A stretch of 52,645 nucleotides of DNA, the filler included, from Squatina squatina (Eukaryota), in NCBI GenBank assembly GCA_031763465.1. It is 4 parts of 4 records of this genome, joined end to end, with 100 filler letters (N's around TTAATTAATTAA, not from the genome) between each part and the next. Parts side by side here need not be neighbours in the genome. Positions count along the whole stretch, not along the records: positions 25,766 to 39,099 come from JARFOE010000234.1; positions 39,200 to 52,645 come from JARFOE010000232.1; 2 more parts are not named here. One strand, given 5' to 3'. Below the pieces are notes generated by a model, which saw only the letters and a program-made list of their open reading frames with translations, made no database searches and was not told where the DNA came from. Below are positions 36,472 through 49,919 of this stretch, piece by piece; position 1 is the first letter of the stretch, and each line of letters begins with the position of its first letter. The translations under genes were made by a program, and so were the position numbers.

Positions 36472-37661
36472 GTACGGTGTATTACAAGTTCATTCTGTAC
36501 ACAGCCTGCACGCCTTAATTCAAACTTACTTCAATCAAATATATTTTTAGCACTAAATTCTCACTTTGTCTTGTTATTTACTGTGAGTGATCAAGCACGG
36601 GTCCAGCTACATCCACACAAGNNNNNNNNNNNNNNNNNNNNNNNNNNNNNNNNNNNNNNNNNNNNNNNNNNNNNNNNNNNNNNNNNNNNNNNNNNNNNNN
36701 NNNNNNNNNNNNNNNNNNNNNNNNNNNNNNNNNNNNNNNNNNNNNNNNNNNNNNNNNNNNNNNNNNNNNNNNNNNNNNNNNNNNNNNNNNNNNNNNNNNN
36801 NNNNNNNNNNNNNNNNNNNNNNNNNNNNNNNNNNNNNNNNNNNNNNNNNNNNNNNNNNNNNNNNNNNNNNNNNNNNNNNNNNNNNNNNNNNNNNNNNNNN
36901 NNNNNNNNNNNNNNNNNNNNNNNNNNNNNNNNNNNNNNNNNNNNNNNNNNNNNNNNNNNNNNNNNNNNNNNNNNNNNNNNNNNNNNNNNNNNTTTATATC
37001 TGTGTCAGATTTCATTTATTACTCTTTACCAATTGTGTAGTCAATTTACATTTTGTTTTTAATATTCAGATTATTAATGTAGACTAGAAACAACAGGGGT
37101 CCAATAACTCTTTCGCAGGACTCTATATCTTCCCCAATCTGACATTCCAGCACTGTTATTTTTCAGCTGCTATCTTATCCACTCCAATGCTCTAGCCTGG
37201 ATTTCTGGCTGTTCGTTAAATTAGGAATCTTTCATGTGGAGTTTTGCTAAAAGTTTCCTCAAAGTCCAAATAAACCATATAGTGAGTTCTGCTATCTATA
37301 TTTGTACATCCTCACAAAAATTAAGGCGATTTGCCAGACGGTCTTTTAAATCCAAGCTAGACATTTCTTATTGTATCCCATCCAGATACATTTGCAACCT
37401 ACCCCTTCTAATGGTTTACATTATTCTACCTGTCAGATGGAGACTTAAAAACGAAAACCAAAAAGTCTTGAATTAAATTTATCCCAGGGTTGTATAATTT
37501 AAGAACACGGCAATGTACAATAACAGAAACCATTGTGATCCATCTTAGTTTAATCGACTCTAGTTTGTGGACATCTAAAGTGGAAGCAAATTCAATAGTA
37601 ACTTTCAGAAAGGAATTGGATAATGGTAAATTTCAATCATTTTTGTCTGTGTTTACTTTAG

Positions 37662-37991
37662 TTCCTGAATATGACAACCCTGGATGGTTATGGTTTAACA
37701 TTTCCAACCTCAAGCCCTCCATGATGGCAGCAGAGCTGGTGCTACTACGGAGAACCCTCCACCCAAAGTCACTGACGGTCAACGTAACAATACACAATAT
37801 TGCTTTGGAAGGGAACAACCTCACCATCAGCGATCCACTGGACAAGAAGATTTTGAATCTGAGTGAGCTGCCATCCTCTGGCTATGACACGTTTAATGTT
37901 TCCACCATCCTGAGACAGTGGAGAGTGGATGTGATAGGTTTCCAGTTCCAGTTTAACGACGATAGTGGGAGTCTGGTCTTGCACGACGCTC
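37662..37991 (+). CDS. TGF-beta superfamily ligand precursor, exon 2 (prodomain), truncated by a gap before the mature domain
   Basis: Phase-1 acceptor tgtgtttactttAG joins exon 1 in frame; GWLWFNISNL...AAELVL...GYDTFNVSTILRQW, compare FNLSSIP, AELRL and WESFDVS.AV..W. Confidence 0.8.
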
Positions 37992-39099
37992 NNNNNNNNN
38001 NNNNNNNNNNNNNNNNNNNNNNNNNNNNNNNNNNNNNNNNNNNNNNNNNNNNNNNNNNNNNNNNNNNNNNNNNNNNNNNNNNNNNNNNNNNTCAGTAAAG
38101 TTTGATTCAAGACGGCAGATAATAGTGGATATAATAAATTAGATACTGCTTTCTAGTTAAGCTACAAGGTGTAATCCACCCCACTGAAATCAGTAAGTTT
38201 AGTCAGAATGCGTCACAAGTAATAATGGATTTGAACTGTCGAGTATTGAATGTATTCTGTGGCTTTCAAAATAAAAACTTTACTTTCCGTCACCACCAGC
38301 ACAATTTCTTTTATTGTAAACATTGTAAGAGATAGAACTGATAATTGGAATAAACTATTATTTTTGTTTTGGTTTAATTCATACTTCTTAAAAGGGATAA
38401 ACACAGTCACCACCGATAAATTACAGTACAATATTCCAAGGTATAATTCAGTAGCAAAATAATCAGTGTCACTACAGGATGCATTTGGGAATATACATAC
38501 AGAATAAAATGGGAAATTTCAATCTTCAGTTTAAAAAAATACATATATTCTGTATCTAAGCTGGGGTTGTCTATGTCAGTATTATGTCATAATTACCCAT
38601 TTCATAATATGAAGCAACACACATCACAGAATAAGCTATGAATGCACAGTATGACCAACAAGAAAAATATATAGCATTGCTGTCCACATCTCCCAAAATA
38701 TAGTTTCAATACAATTGTGTCCAATGTTCTTCTATTTTAGAGCTAACATAAGACAACATATTCTAGTTGGACAAAATAAATATACAACGGCAGCTCCAAA
38801 ATTCATCTCCAACATTTCTTCTTTCTGATCTATCAAGTTACATGGAATGTTGCAGCTTTTTAAAAAAAAAGATATCACCTTCTGTTGATGTTCAGAGAGC
38901 AAGTGGTGAATTCCGACATTTTATACCATTCAGGACTATAAGTGATTAAAATCACCAGTAATTACAACGATATCTACTAATTGACCCAATGCAAATTGTA
39001 CAAAAACATTTTCAGAAAAAACACTCTAGTAATTAAAGCAAACATCAGCATTATGGATTAACCTTTAGTTAGCTGCAGCATTTCCAGTGTTGATTGTAT

Positions 39100-39199
39100 N
39101 NNNNNNNNNNNNNNNNNNNNNNNNNNNNNNNNNNNNNNNNNNNTTAATTAATTAANNNNNNNNNNNNNNNNNNNNNNNNNNNNNNNNNNNNNNNNNNNN
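39100..39199. other. Artificial scaffold-concatenation linker
   Basis: N44-TTAATTAATTAA-N44. Confidence 0.97.
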
Positions 39200-39201
39200 T
39201 G

Positions 39202-39402
<201 letters not shown>

Positions 39403-40875
39403 TAATATTGGAAATTCAGGATCACCAAGTTTAACAAAAACCAGGGTAGATATACAGAGGAATGAGATTTAAATGAGAAAGTGGGCAGTGTTGTATATTT
39501 GTGGTTTCCTAATGGGATTTGCGCTCAACACCCCTTGAGGGCTGGGAACTTTGCACATTTGGATGATGTTGGGCAATGCAGGTCGACGCCCAACTAGACT
39601 TTTGGTTCTGGTTTGTATTATTTTGAAGTTTGCGGTTGGCTGCCTTCTTGACCAAAAATGGTGGATTTTGTTCCATAAAAAGTCAAAATAGACTTCAACA
39701 TTGGGTAGTTGCCTGAATAGGTACAACATAGAATCCATATGGATAGCGATAAACGATAATNNNNNNNNNNNNNNNNNNNNNNNNNNNNNNNNNNNNNNNN
39801 NNNNNNNNNNNNNNNNNNNNNNNNNNNNNNNNNNNNNNNNNNNNNNNNNNNNNNNNNNNNGACCGAGATCACCTTGTGTTGTGATTTTTTTTTTGTGCAA
39901 AAGCACAAGGAGAAGACTGGCAGAACATTTTTGAAGAGCGATGGTCTCGTTCACAATAAATGCCTCACCAGGAGTGTTTGATTTACTACACATATCATTA
40001 GTAACATGTATTCCAAATACATGCCATTAAATCTCAGTAAAAATGGCTCTGATATTGCAGAGGTTTCATTCAGCACTGCAGGGGCATGCCTGCAACAACA
40101 AAAAATAACCAGGCTGCATTTTTTTTTTTTGGAGCATGTTTATTTGAGATTGCGGTCAGTGGATAAATATTCTGTTCAGTGCGTCTCTCAAAGCATCCTT
40201 TATCAAAACTTCTCCGTTTGTCACCAGTTCCATGAAATGGGTTGAGACACCATGAATGCCGAGAGCTTTCATGCGAGTCACTGTACATTTTTCTGTACAC
40301 TTGCAAATTTGTTTGCAATGGCATCGATTTCATTTCGGGGCTTCAGTACCTAACTGGAAATACCTTAAAAGGCACATCAATTTGTTCCTCTGGCTGTACT
40401 TTTGTTACGATCTACAGAATAAGTAGGAAGCACTGTTGGTGCCTTTTGTGGGAGGGTGGAGTGGTTGAGTGGAGAGCAGTTCAGCCAGCAAGGAAGAGAA
40501 ATCCATGTGATTCTCTACATTTGATTCTGGGCATTGATGTGCTGCCCCATAGAATGGTGGGATGAGGACTTCTAGTTGTGCATTCCGGATCTTAGCTGTG
40601 CTGTTGGGGGTACAAGTCAAACACTTTCACAAGTTTCACCCAGGGTGCTGCTTGTGTACTTCCTTGTAGCCAGTTTGAGTGTGAAATTAATGGAGGTTGA
40701 AAGCAGGTTGCCCATTTAACCTTAGATGGCACATAATAAAATGAGAGAAAATGCCTTTTTTTTCATCTACTTAAGTTGAATATTACATTCACTAATCCGT
40801 TTAATTCCAGATTTTACACTGCAGAGAGACATTAATTTTATTTACTAACTTGGTGCCCAATTTGATTTTCAACAG

Positions 40876-40994
40876 GTTTATTCACTCATATCCTCTTGGA
40901 TGAAGCTGCTCAAGCAATGGAATGTGAGACCATCATGCCTTTGGCACTAGCCAGTCGACACACGAGAATTGTTTTAGCCGGGGATCATATGCAG
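40876..40994 (+). CDS. HELZ: HELZ exon with Walker B (DEAAQ) and motif III (LAGDHMQ)
   Basis: [40 protein letters not shown]; 119 nt, phase 1/0; not in the ORF track. Confidence 0.95.
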
Positions 40995-42744
40995 GTGAGC
41001 AATCTGCGGGTCCAGTTTAAATTTTGTTAGCAACTTTGGTAGAATATGAATTGTGAACTAGTTTGTTAACTCTTGTGCGGCCACTAAATGATTTTAGACT
41101 TGTTTCTATTTGTTTCTTAAATTTCACTCGGGGCAGGGAATGCCACCATGTCATATTAATTTACCAAGTTATTTTGTATTTTTTTGTAATTTTGTCATAA
41201 TGAGGTTTTGGTGGATGCCGTTGGGCTTTCATCTTGATTTTGCAGCTCTTTTAAATCAGAATAGCAACTAACACGGCAGAGACTATATAGTGGTCTCTGT
41301 TTTGCTTGCAGCAGGTTCTTTCTTAAAAGCCACAAATTCTTGGTGCACATCCAGATTTAATGTGCTCTGAATGGCTGATTCTTTTGATGTAATGTTTACG
41401 CTGACACTGAAACTCACCTCTCTTCCCACCACTCCCGGCACCCCCACCACCCCAACCATAATCCTTAGAGTCTTCCTCATAAGCGACAATTGAACTCACT
41501 AAATTCAGTTGCAGCTATTAGCAATGGAAAAACAGTCCGTTTGCTGTAGCTACTGGCATCAAAGAGCAGCAGGTGCCAAAGGAAAAATATGCTCCGGGAA
41601 TTACACATGGCAACAGGCAGGGTCAATGCAGCAGGAAGTACAACCTATACCAGGAAGGAGGAGCCAGGAGTACTACTGATTAAAATTTTGCAGCAAGGAA
41701 GAGCAAGAGTGTACGACTGTTGCAGTGATAGTAGCAAGGAGGAGCAGTAGGTAGTACAACTAATTCAGTGGTAGGAGCTTATTGTAAAAGACCTGGGGGT
41801 TGTCCCAAAACATCCAGAGAGTATTTGCAAACTGCTGTGGTCTGGCTGTGCACTGGGCCTTGCACTACAATGGAGATACTGACACTTTTAACAATGAGCA
41901 GGCTGACTTCTGCTCTGCAAACAACTGCACATAGACAGGACAGAGGAGTGGGGTAAGGGGAAGTCATCAATGCTAGAGTGCAGCTACTGACTGGATTAAA
42001 CAAAATAGAAACACAGCAATTCCCGATAAACACAGTCTATGATACAGCACACCTGGTTTTACTGATGGGGGAAATGTGAAGAACTTCCTTGGGCTGTTGT
42101 ATGGCGACAAAGCCAGGCTACTGTGAATCTGAAGTGCTGCCAACACTTGTGGGCAAAACAAAGTACAGCGTCTCCTTCAGGACTGAAATCTCTTTCATAC
42201 CCTGAAGCAAGTGAACATTTGCTCAGAATGAAGACTACATTGCAGTGATTACTTCATTTAAATAGACAGACAAACAAAGCTATATACAGAAGTGTCACAA
42301 GGNNNNNNNNNNNNNNNNNNNNNNNNNNNNNNNNNNNNNNNNNNNNNNNNNNNNNNNNNNNNNNNNNNNNNNNNNNNNNNNNNNNNNNNNNNNNNNNNNN
42401 NNNNNNNNNNNNNNNNNNNNNNNNNNNNNNNNNNNNNNNNNNNNNNNNNNNNNNNNNNNNNNNNNNNNNNNNNNNNNNNNNNNNNNNNNNNNNNNNNNNN
42501 NNNNNNNNNNNNNNNNNNNNNNNNNNNNNNNNNNNNNNNNNNNNNNNNNNNNNNNNNNNNNNNNNNNNNNNNNNNNNNNNNNNNNNNNNNNNNNNNNNNN
42601 NNNNNNNNNNNNNNNNNNNNNNNNNNNNNNNNNNNNNNNNNNNNNNNNNNNNNNNNNNNNNNNNNNNNNNNNNNNNNNNNNNNNNNNNNNNNNNNNNNNN
42701 NNNNNNNNNNNNNNNNNNNNNNNNNNNNNNNNNNNNNNNNNNNN

Positions 42745-43330
42745 ACATCCCATTTTCTACCTATGTCGTTGGTACTGACATGGACCACGACCTCTGGCTG
42801 TTCACCTTCCCCCTTCAGAATGTTCTGCAGCCGCTCAGTGACATCCTTAACCCTGGCACAAGGGAGGCAACATGGCATCCTGGAGTCATGTCTGCGGCCA
42901 TAGAAACTCCTGTCTGCTCCCCTAACTATCGAATCCTGAGCCACCCGTGGTGCCATGAACTTGGCTGTGGCTGCACTCCCCAGAGGAACCATTGCCCTCA
43001 CCAGTACTCAGAGCAGAATACTGGCTGGAGAGCGAGATGCACTCAAGGAACTCCTGCACTACCTGCCTGGTCCTTCTCTTATGTCTGGCGGTCACCCATT
43101 CCCTCTTTGCCTACACACTCCTTACCTGCGGGGTGACCACCTCCTAAAATGTGCTATTCATGAAGCTCTCGGCCTCACAGATGCACTGCAGTGAAGCCAG
43201 CTGCTGCTCAAGCTCCGAAACCCGAGCTGAAGCTCCTCCAGCTGACTACACTTCCCTCACGTGATTGTCCAGGATACAGGAAGCATTCAGGAGTTCCCAC
43301 TTGGCACAGGATGTGCATTCCATGGGACAG
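42745..43330 (-). mobile_element. CR1 LINE ORF1 (SGNH esterase-like domain), decayed
   Basis: DSIVRGADRSFYGRRHDSRMPCCLPCARVKDVTERLQNILKGEGEQPEVVVHVSTNDIGRK, typical of the CR1 ORF1 esterase blocks GDS and GTND. Confidence 0.85.
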
Positions 43331-44680
43331 AGGTGCCCTTTCATGCCTCCTATTTAGTCGGCGATGAACTAACTTACTGAAATAAACTTAAGACTAAGAG
43401 TCTTAAAAGTCGGACCTACCTTTATCTCCGGCTGCTTCTCTCGCTCTCTTAGTTCAAGTTTTTATTCACATGATTATCTATAGTTATATTAATTGGTTTA
43501 TCTAGTTACGTTCGAGAGAATAAAACACCGACACTCACCCACCAATCACCTACCTGCAATCCTGCATCGTCACTCCTTACTTTTGCTGTTCTTTTGGAAT
43601 TTGGCAGCCCTGCGCTCTTTATTCTGTGAGTGGTGGTTGCTCAGGCTTCGAGAAATACACAGAACAGTGATGAACTGGTGGGAACGGGGTAAAATTAGTT
43701 GCACCTTTCCCCATGTTATTACTCACTAGTGGCTGCAGAATAGCACTCGCTTTGGAGATGCTTGTGATCAGCCACTCCCTCTACGTAGCCTCTAGGTTGC
43801 ACGGCTGGAGTCTGCAACGGCGGTTAAATGGGTTATAACTTTTCTCTGGCTAAGGTATCACAGTATCTTGGTAGACTTCCACAGAAGTTAGTTGAAGCTC
43901 TTCTCATCTCTGAGAAAGCTCTTTTTTTAAAAAATAAAATTTGCAGCCGAAGATGGCTGTCCGTGCAATATTGCTTCTTGGTCTCTCTCTCTGTAATTAG
44001 AATCGTTTATCAGATTGCACGGCACTTAGCGCTCTGTGGATTTCTTCACGCTTGATAATTCAAGGTGGCAGTCTCCATTCACTATTTTTTGATGTCACCT
44101 TTACTGTCAAACATTTCTGAAGTTAATATGGACAGGGAGATGAGCTTCTGCAGTATTCAAACCTCCTTTTGATAGTCTTTGAAAAAGTACTGAATAGTTC
44201 AGGATTTTCAATGGAAAACCTTTTTGATTTATGCCAGCGAGAAGAGTAGTACCAGTTCCCAAAGTGACTGTCTATTTTTCTGCCGGTAGTTACGGTAATT
44301 GAAACGCACTCAACAAAATGTACATTATTCTATTATTTTGAATAAAATTAATGCTTCTAAGTCTATGTAGCAAAAAAAAATGTTGAAATTGAACCTTGAA
44401 TATAAGCAGCTCTGAATATGTTTCAGCGTTCTAAATGTTATGACCGCATTGTTCGCAAGTTAAATCTCATCTGGCTTTCTCAGAAAAGGGGTTTAATTGT
44501 TTCCCTATTTATCATCACAATGGCCAAGTATCGGAGAGTTTTATCACCTCGTTCTGGTCCTCTCCCATTGTCTCCGTGGTCCGTTTCCCTGCTTCAGTAC
44601 GATCATATCATTTGGCTCAAAGCTCTAGATGTGATAACCTCCGCCTGTTTGGACCAGTGAATGTGTTGTGATAGACTTAA

Positions 44681-44938
<258 letters not shown>

Positions 44939-46294
44939 TAGGTATTTGGGTTTTCTGTGTTTTCTTGATTTGGGTTCCTCCATCATACCCCCATTTAAAA
45001 ATCTAACTTGAAGTTATTCGAGCTGCTGNNNNNNNNNNNNNNNNNNNNNNNNNNNNNNNNNNNNNNNNNNNNNNNNNNNNNNNNNNNNNNNNNNNNNNNN
45101 NNNNNNNNNNNNNNNNNNNNNNNNNNNNNNNNNNNNNNNNNNNNNNNNNNNNNNNNNNNNNNNNNNNNNNNNNNNNNNNNNNNNNNNNNNNNNNNNNNNN
45201 NNNNNNNNNNNNNNNNNNNNNNNNNNNNNNNNNNNNNNNNNNNNNNNNNNNNNNNNNNNNNNNNNNNNNNNNNNNNNNNNNNNNNNNNNNNNNNNNNNNN
45301 NNNNNNNNNNNNNNNNNNNNNNNNNNNNNNNNNNNNNNNNNNNNNNNNNNNNNNNNNNNNNNNNNNNNNNNNNNNNNNNNNNNNNNNNNNNNNNNNNNNN
45401 NNNNNNNNNNNNNNNNNNNNNNNNNNNNNNNNNNNNNNNNNNNNNNNNNNNNNNNNNNNNNNNNNNNNNNNNNNNNNNNNNNNNNNNNNNNNNNNNNNNN
45501 NNNNNNNNNNNNNNNNNNNNNNNNNNNNNNNNNNNNNNNNNNNNNNNNNNNNNNNNNNNNNNNNNNNNNNNNNNNNNNNNNNNNNNNNNNNNNNNNNNNN
45601 NNNNNNNNNNNNNNNNNNNNNNNNNNNNNNNNNNNNNNNNNNNNNNNNNNNNNNNNNNNNNNNNNNNNNNNNNNNNNNNNNNNNNNNNNNNNNNNNNNNN
45701 NNNNNNNNNNNNNNNNNNNNNNNNNNNNNNNNNNNNNNNNNNNNNNNNNNNNNNNNNNNNNNNNNNNNNNNNNNNNNNNNNNNNNNNNNNNNNNNNNNNN
45801 NNNNNNNNNNNNNNNNNNNNNNNNNNNNNNNNNNNNNNNNNNNNNNNNNNNNNNNNNNNNNNNNNNNNNNNNNNNNNNNNNNNNNNNNNNNNNNNNNNNN
45901 NNNNNNNNNNNNNNNNNNNNNNNNNNNNNNNNNNNNNNNNNNNNNNNNNNNNNNNNNNNNNNNNNNNNNNNNNNNNNNNNNNNNNNNNNNNNATACATGC
46001 ATAAACAGTGCTTGATGCTTTTATGTTACTGAGATATGAAGTACATTTAGCTATGGTCTTTGAATTGGAAGTCACACACACATTGACTTGGGGTCACAGC
46101 TATAAATTGGCTGCATTGTAAATTGCTTCACAGTTCTTGTGGGAGGAAGTAAATAATCAGAAATTCAAGAAGATATTTTCTCTATCTTTGAAACAAAATC
46201 AGTGAGACATGAGATGGAAAGCTAAATTTGTCTCGCATTAAACTGCAGATCAGCTGGAGTAATATATTTTCTTTTGCTTTTGAGTCTTGAATAA

Positions 46295-46636
<342 letters not shown>

Positions 46637-46919
46637 TAAAATTAAGATTTATTGCATTGCTTCAATTATTGGCGTTATTTGCAACCACATGCACATACCC
46701 ATTGGAGGTTGTGCTTTGAATGAATGAAATTGACGGTTGAATGAATCCCCAACCTAAATTGGTTATGGGAGACTTTAATTTGGGTAAAAATATATTCCCT
46801 TTGTGATGTTCTGGTCCAGGGTGTAAAATCTTGAGTTGTCTTAAGGTTTGAGATTGAATATATTGGTTCTGTTCTAACAGGACTGTCCTACTCAGTGATC
46901 CTACTGCTTGAATTTCAAC

Positions 46920-47135
46920 CGTGATCCTAGCATTTTTTTTAATCCCAGCTTTCTCCCTATTTCCTGTGAAGGTACTAACTCATGCCACTATGATTCCACA
47001 GGTTCAAGAGTCCTCTGCTGCCTCAGTCAAGCAGCCACTTGTGAGCTTATGCAGACTATCTAACCATTGTAGGATTTTGCTGTGTGCAAACTGGCTGCTG
47101 TGTTTGCCTGCCTAACAGTGTTGCACTTCAAAAGT
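46920..47135 (+). mobile_element. Deu-type SINE fragment
   Basis: ggattttgctgtgtgcaaactggctgctgtgtttgcctgcctaacagtgttgcacttcaaaag core shared with 35094-35160 and 8140-8250. Confidence 0.55.
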
Positions 47136-48017
47136 TGTCTTTCTGCACTTGCCTTTCTCGCTCTCTCCAATGAGTGTCGGCAAACTGACGTGAGGTGGGC
47201 AGTCGAGCCGGATCTTGTTCGCCCTGTTTAGGCATTTAGCCCGAGATCACTGAGCGTAGTTGCTGCTGGTTGAGATCAGCTCACTCAGGACCATCCTAAT
47301 CTCTATGGGTCAGCGGCACATGGGGTGCATTCAGGAGAGCTGTGATCCTTCCATTATCTTAAGGGTTGCTTTTTAATCGGAGATTCCAACAGTGCAAAAT
47401 CAAATCAAATACAGACGATAAAAACTTAACTAAGTATTTAGTTTTCCTGATTGTTATGTCTGCATAAAGCTGGGCTTGTATTATGAACATGAGAACATAT
47501 TGTGAAGTGAAAAGCTCACCAATGAAATGTCCTCTTTTTATGTATTCATTTTGTGTGAATATAATCTCTTCCCTGCCAATTTCAATATCTGCTTGCTGCA
47601 CTAAAAAAGTAATTGAGCCACGAAAGTAATATGCACCATGACTTTCAACAACCTGTTATGGAATAGCTCAAGCTGGGAGTGATTGGTGAGGCTCATCCCT
47701 ATATTCGTACCACACTTTCATCAAGTTGAGAGGGTTATGTGTTCGGACTGTATTGTAGTCATTCGTTCCAAGGCTGGAATTAGTGGCCTTGGGGCAGAAA
47801 GGAGTTTGAATTCAATAGTCTCAAAACTGATGATTGCACTGTGTTCAACTGAACGATATTGGCAGCTAGTTTTCTCCATCTTCTGTTTTCTGTGTGAAAA
47901 CTTTGGGATGTCTCCATNNNNNNNNNNNNNNNNNNNNNNNNNNNNNNNNNNNNNNNNNNNNNNNNNNNNNNNNNNNNNNNNNNNNNNNNNNNNNNNNNNN
48001 NNNNNNNNNNNNNNNNN

Positions 48018-48870
48018 CTCAAGCTTCTTGAGTAATAGTCGGTCAAATGCTGTCTTGATTTCAAGAGCAGTCACTCTCACCTTACCCTCTAGAATTCAGC
48101 TCTTTTGTTCATGTTTGGACCAAGGCTGTAATGAGGTCTGGAGCCAAGTGGTCCTGACGGAACCCAAACTGGGCTTTGGTGAGCAGGTTATTGATTAAGT
48201 GCCGCTTGATAGCACTGCCGACGACACCTTCCATCACTTTGATGATTGAGAGTAGACTGATAGGGTGGGTAATTGGCTGGATTGGATTTGTCCTGTTTTT
48301 TTGTGAACCGGACATACCTGGGCAGTTTTCCACATTGTCTGATGGATGTCAGTGTTGTAGCTGTACTGTAACAGCTTGGCTAGAGGCGCGGCTAGTTCTG
48401 GAGCACAAATATTCAACACGACAGCTGGGATGTTGTCGGGGCCGATAACCTTTGCTGTATCCAGTGCGCTCAGCCATTTTTGTACCATGTGGCGTGAGCC
48501 AAATTGACTGAAAACTGGTTTTGTGATGCTAGGGACGTCAGGAGGAGGCCAATTATGGATCATCCACACGGCACTTCTGGCTGAAGATGGTTGCAAATGC
48601 TTCAGCCTTGTCTTTTGCACTCGCATGTTGGGCTCCGACATCATTGAGCATGGGGATATTCATGGATTCTCTTCCTCCCATCAGTTGTTTAATAGTCCAC
48701 CACCATTCACGACTGGATATGGTAGGACTGCAGAGCTTTGTTCTGATCTGTTGATCGTGGGATTGCTTAGCTCTGACTATAGCGTGCTTCTTCCACTGTG
48801 TAGCATGTAGTGCTGTGTTGCAACTTCCCCAGGTTGTCACCTCATTTTGAGGTGCTACTGGCGTGCTCTT
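48018..48870 (-). mobile_element. Non-LTR retrotransposon (CR1/L2 group) ORF2 RT region, frameshifted
   Basis: Across frames: EWWWTIKQL...KAEAFATIFSQKC...GPDNIPAVVL..CAPELAAPL...WKTAQVCPVHKK...PISLLSII.KVMEG...AQFGFRQ...ALEIKTAFDR. Confidence 0.9.
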
Positions 48871-49706
48871 CTGTGTAATTCCAGAGAGCCCATCAAAGCA
48901 AAAATTGATTTGTCAGTGAGGGGAAAAAAATGTTTAAGAATCAAATTTCTGCAGATGAAAAGATTTTTGTTTTCATAATGTTGACGTATTTGGCACAGTC
49001 TGCATTATTTTCAGGATTAAAATTGAGCTCTGATTTATTATTCCATTGATAAATTGTCTTCACGGTTCATTGGGTTTTTGATGCACAGTTTAGACTGTAA
49101 AGTTTTGACAGTCCGTGTTCTTGATGTCTAGTCTCTTGAACCATCAACGTGTCAGCTCAATCATTAATAGCTCTTCAGTTGTGTTGTAAGACTTTACTCT
49201 ACCTTAATTATTGGAGAAGATTATAAGTGTAACAAATTTTTGGTCGCATGCTGTCACACCACATTGAGACAGCTTCACAACTCTATTCAGTGTGACAGCA
49301 AATATTTGCAACAGATTTGTTTGTGCAGTGCCTTTTAATTTTTTAATGTTAGATACAGTGTCAGAGTAAATTAGGATGACCAACAAAGTAAATAATTCTG
49401 AATAAGTGTTAAAATCTAGCTGTTGGTCTCACTTCATTGTTTTTATTTTCAGCTGTGCAAATTGCATATGTTCGGTTAGTAAAACATATGCCATTGTATC
49501 TGTATGAAGATAATTTCACTTTCCCCCCCTAATTTTAACAACCTAAACCTTCTGACAAGATGTCAAAATACAAGTGGAATTTCTCATTTGGGGCCAGTTT
49601 CTCATTNNNNNNNNNNNNNNNNNNNNNNNNNNNNNNNNNNNNNNNNNNNNNNNNNNNNNNNNNNNNNNNNNNNNNNNNNNNNNNNNNNNNNNNNNNNNNN
49701 NNNNNN

Positions 49707-49755
49707 CTCGAAGGGCCAAATGGTCTACTCCTGCTCCTATTGTCTATGTTTCTAA
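49707..49755 (+). mobile_element. CR1 LINE 3' end
   Basis: ctcgaagggccaaatggtctactcctgctcctattgtctatgtttcta. Confidence 0.75.
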
Positions 49756-49919
49756 CCTTTATTTCTATACTTCAGGATACACATGTGACATACATTGTGC
49801 CCCCAGTCTCGTTGGCTATGACATTTCTGCATTTTTGTAAATTTAAAGCATCCCTATAGTCTATACCTAATGGTACTGTGCTCTTATTAATGATTTCTGA
49901 TCTGTGTGTGCAATAACAT

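Noticed and set aside
42745-43001. Cellular or horizontally acquired SGNH esterase
   Set aside because: It is the CR1 ORF1 esterase domain, degenerate and lying in a HELZ intron.
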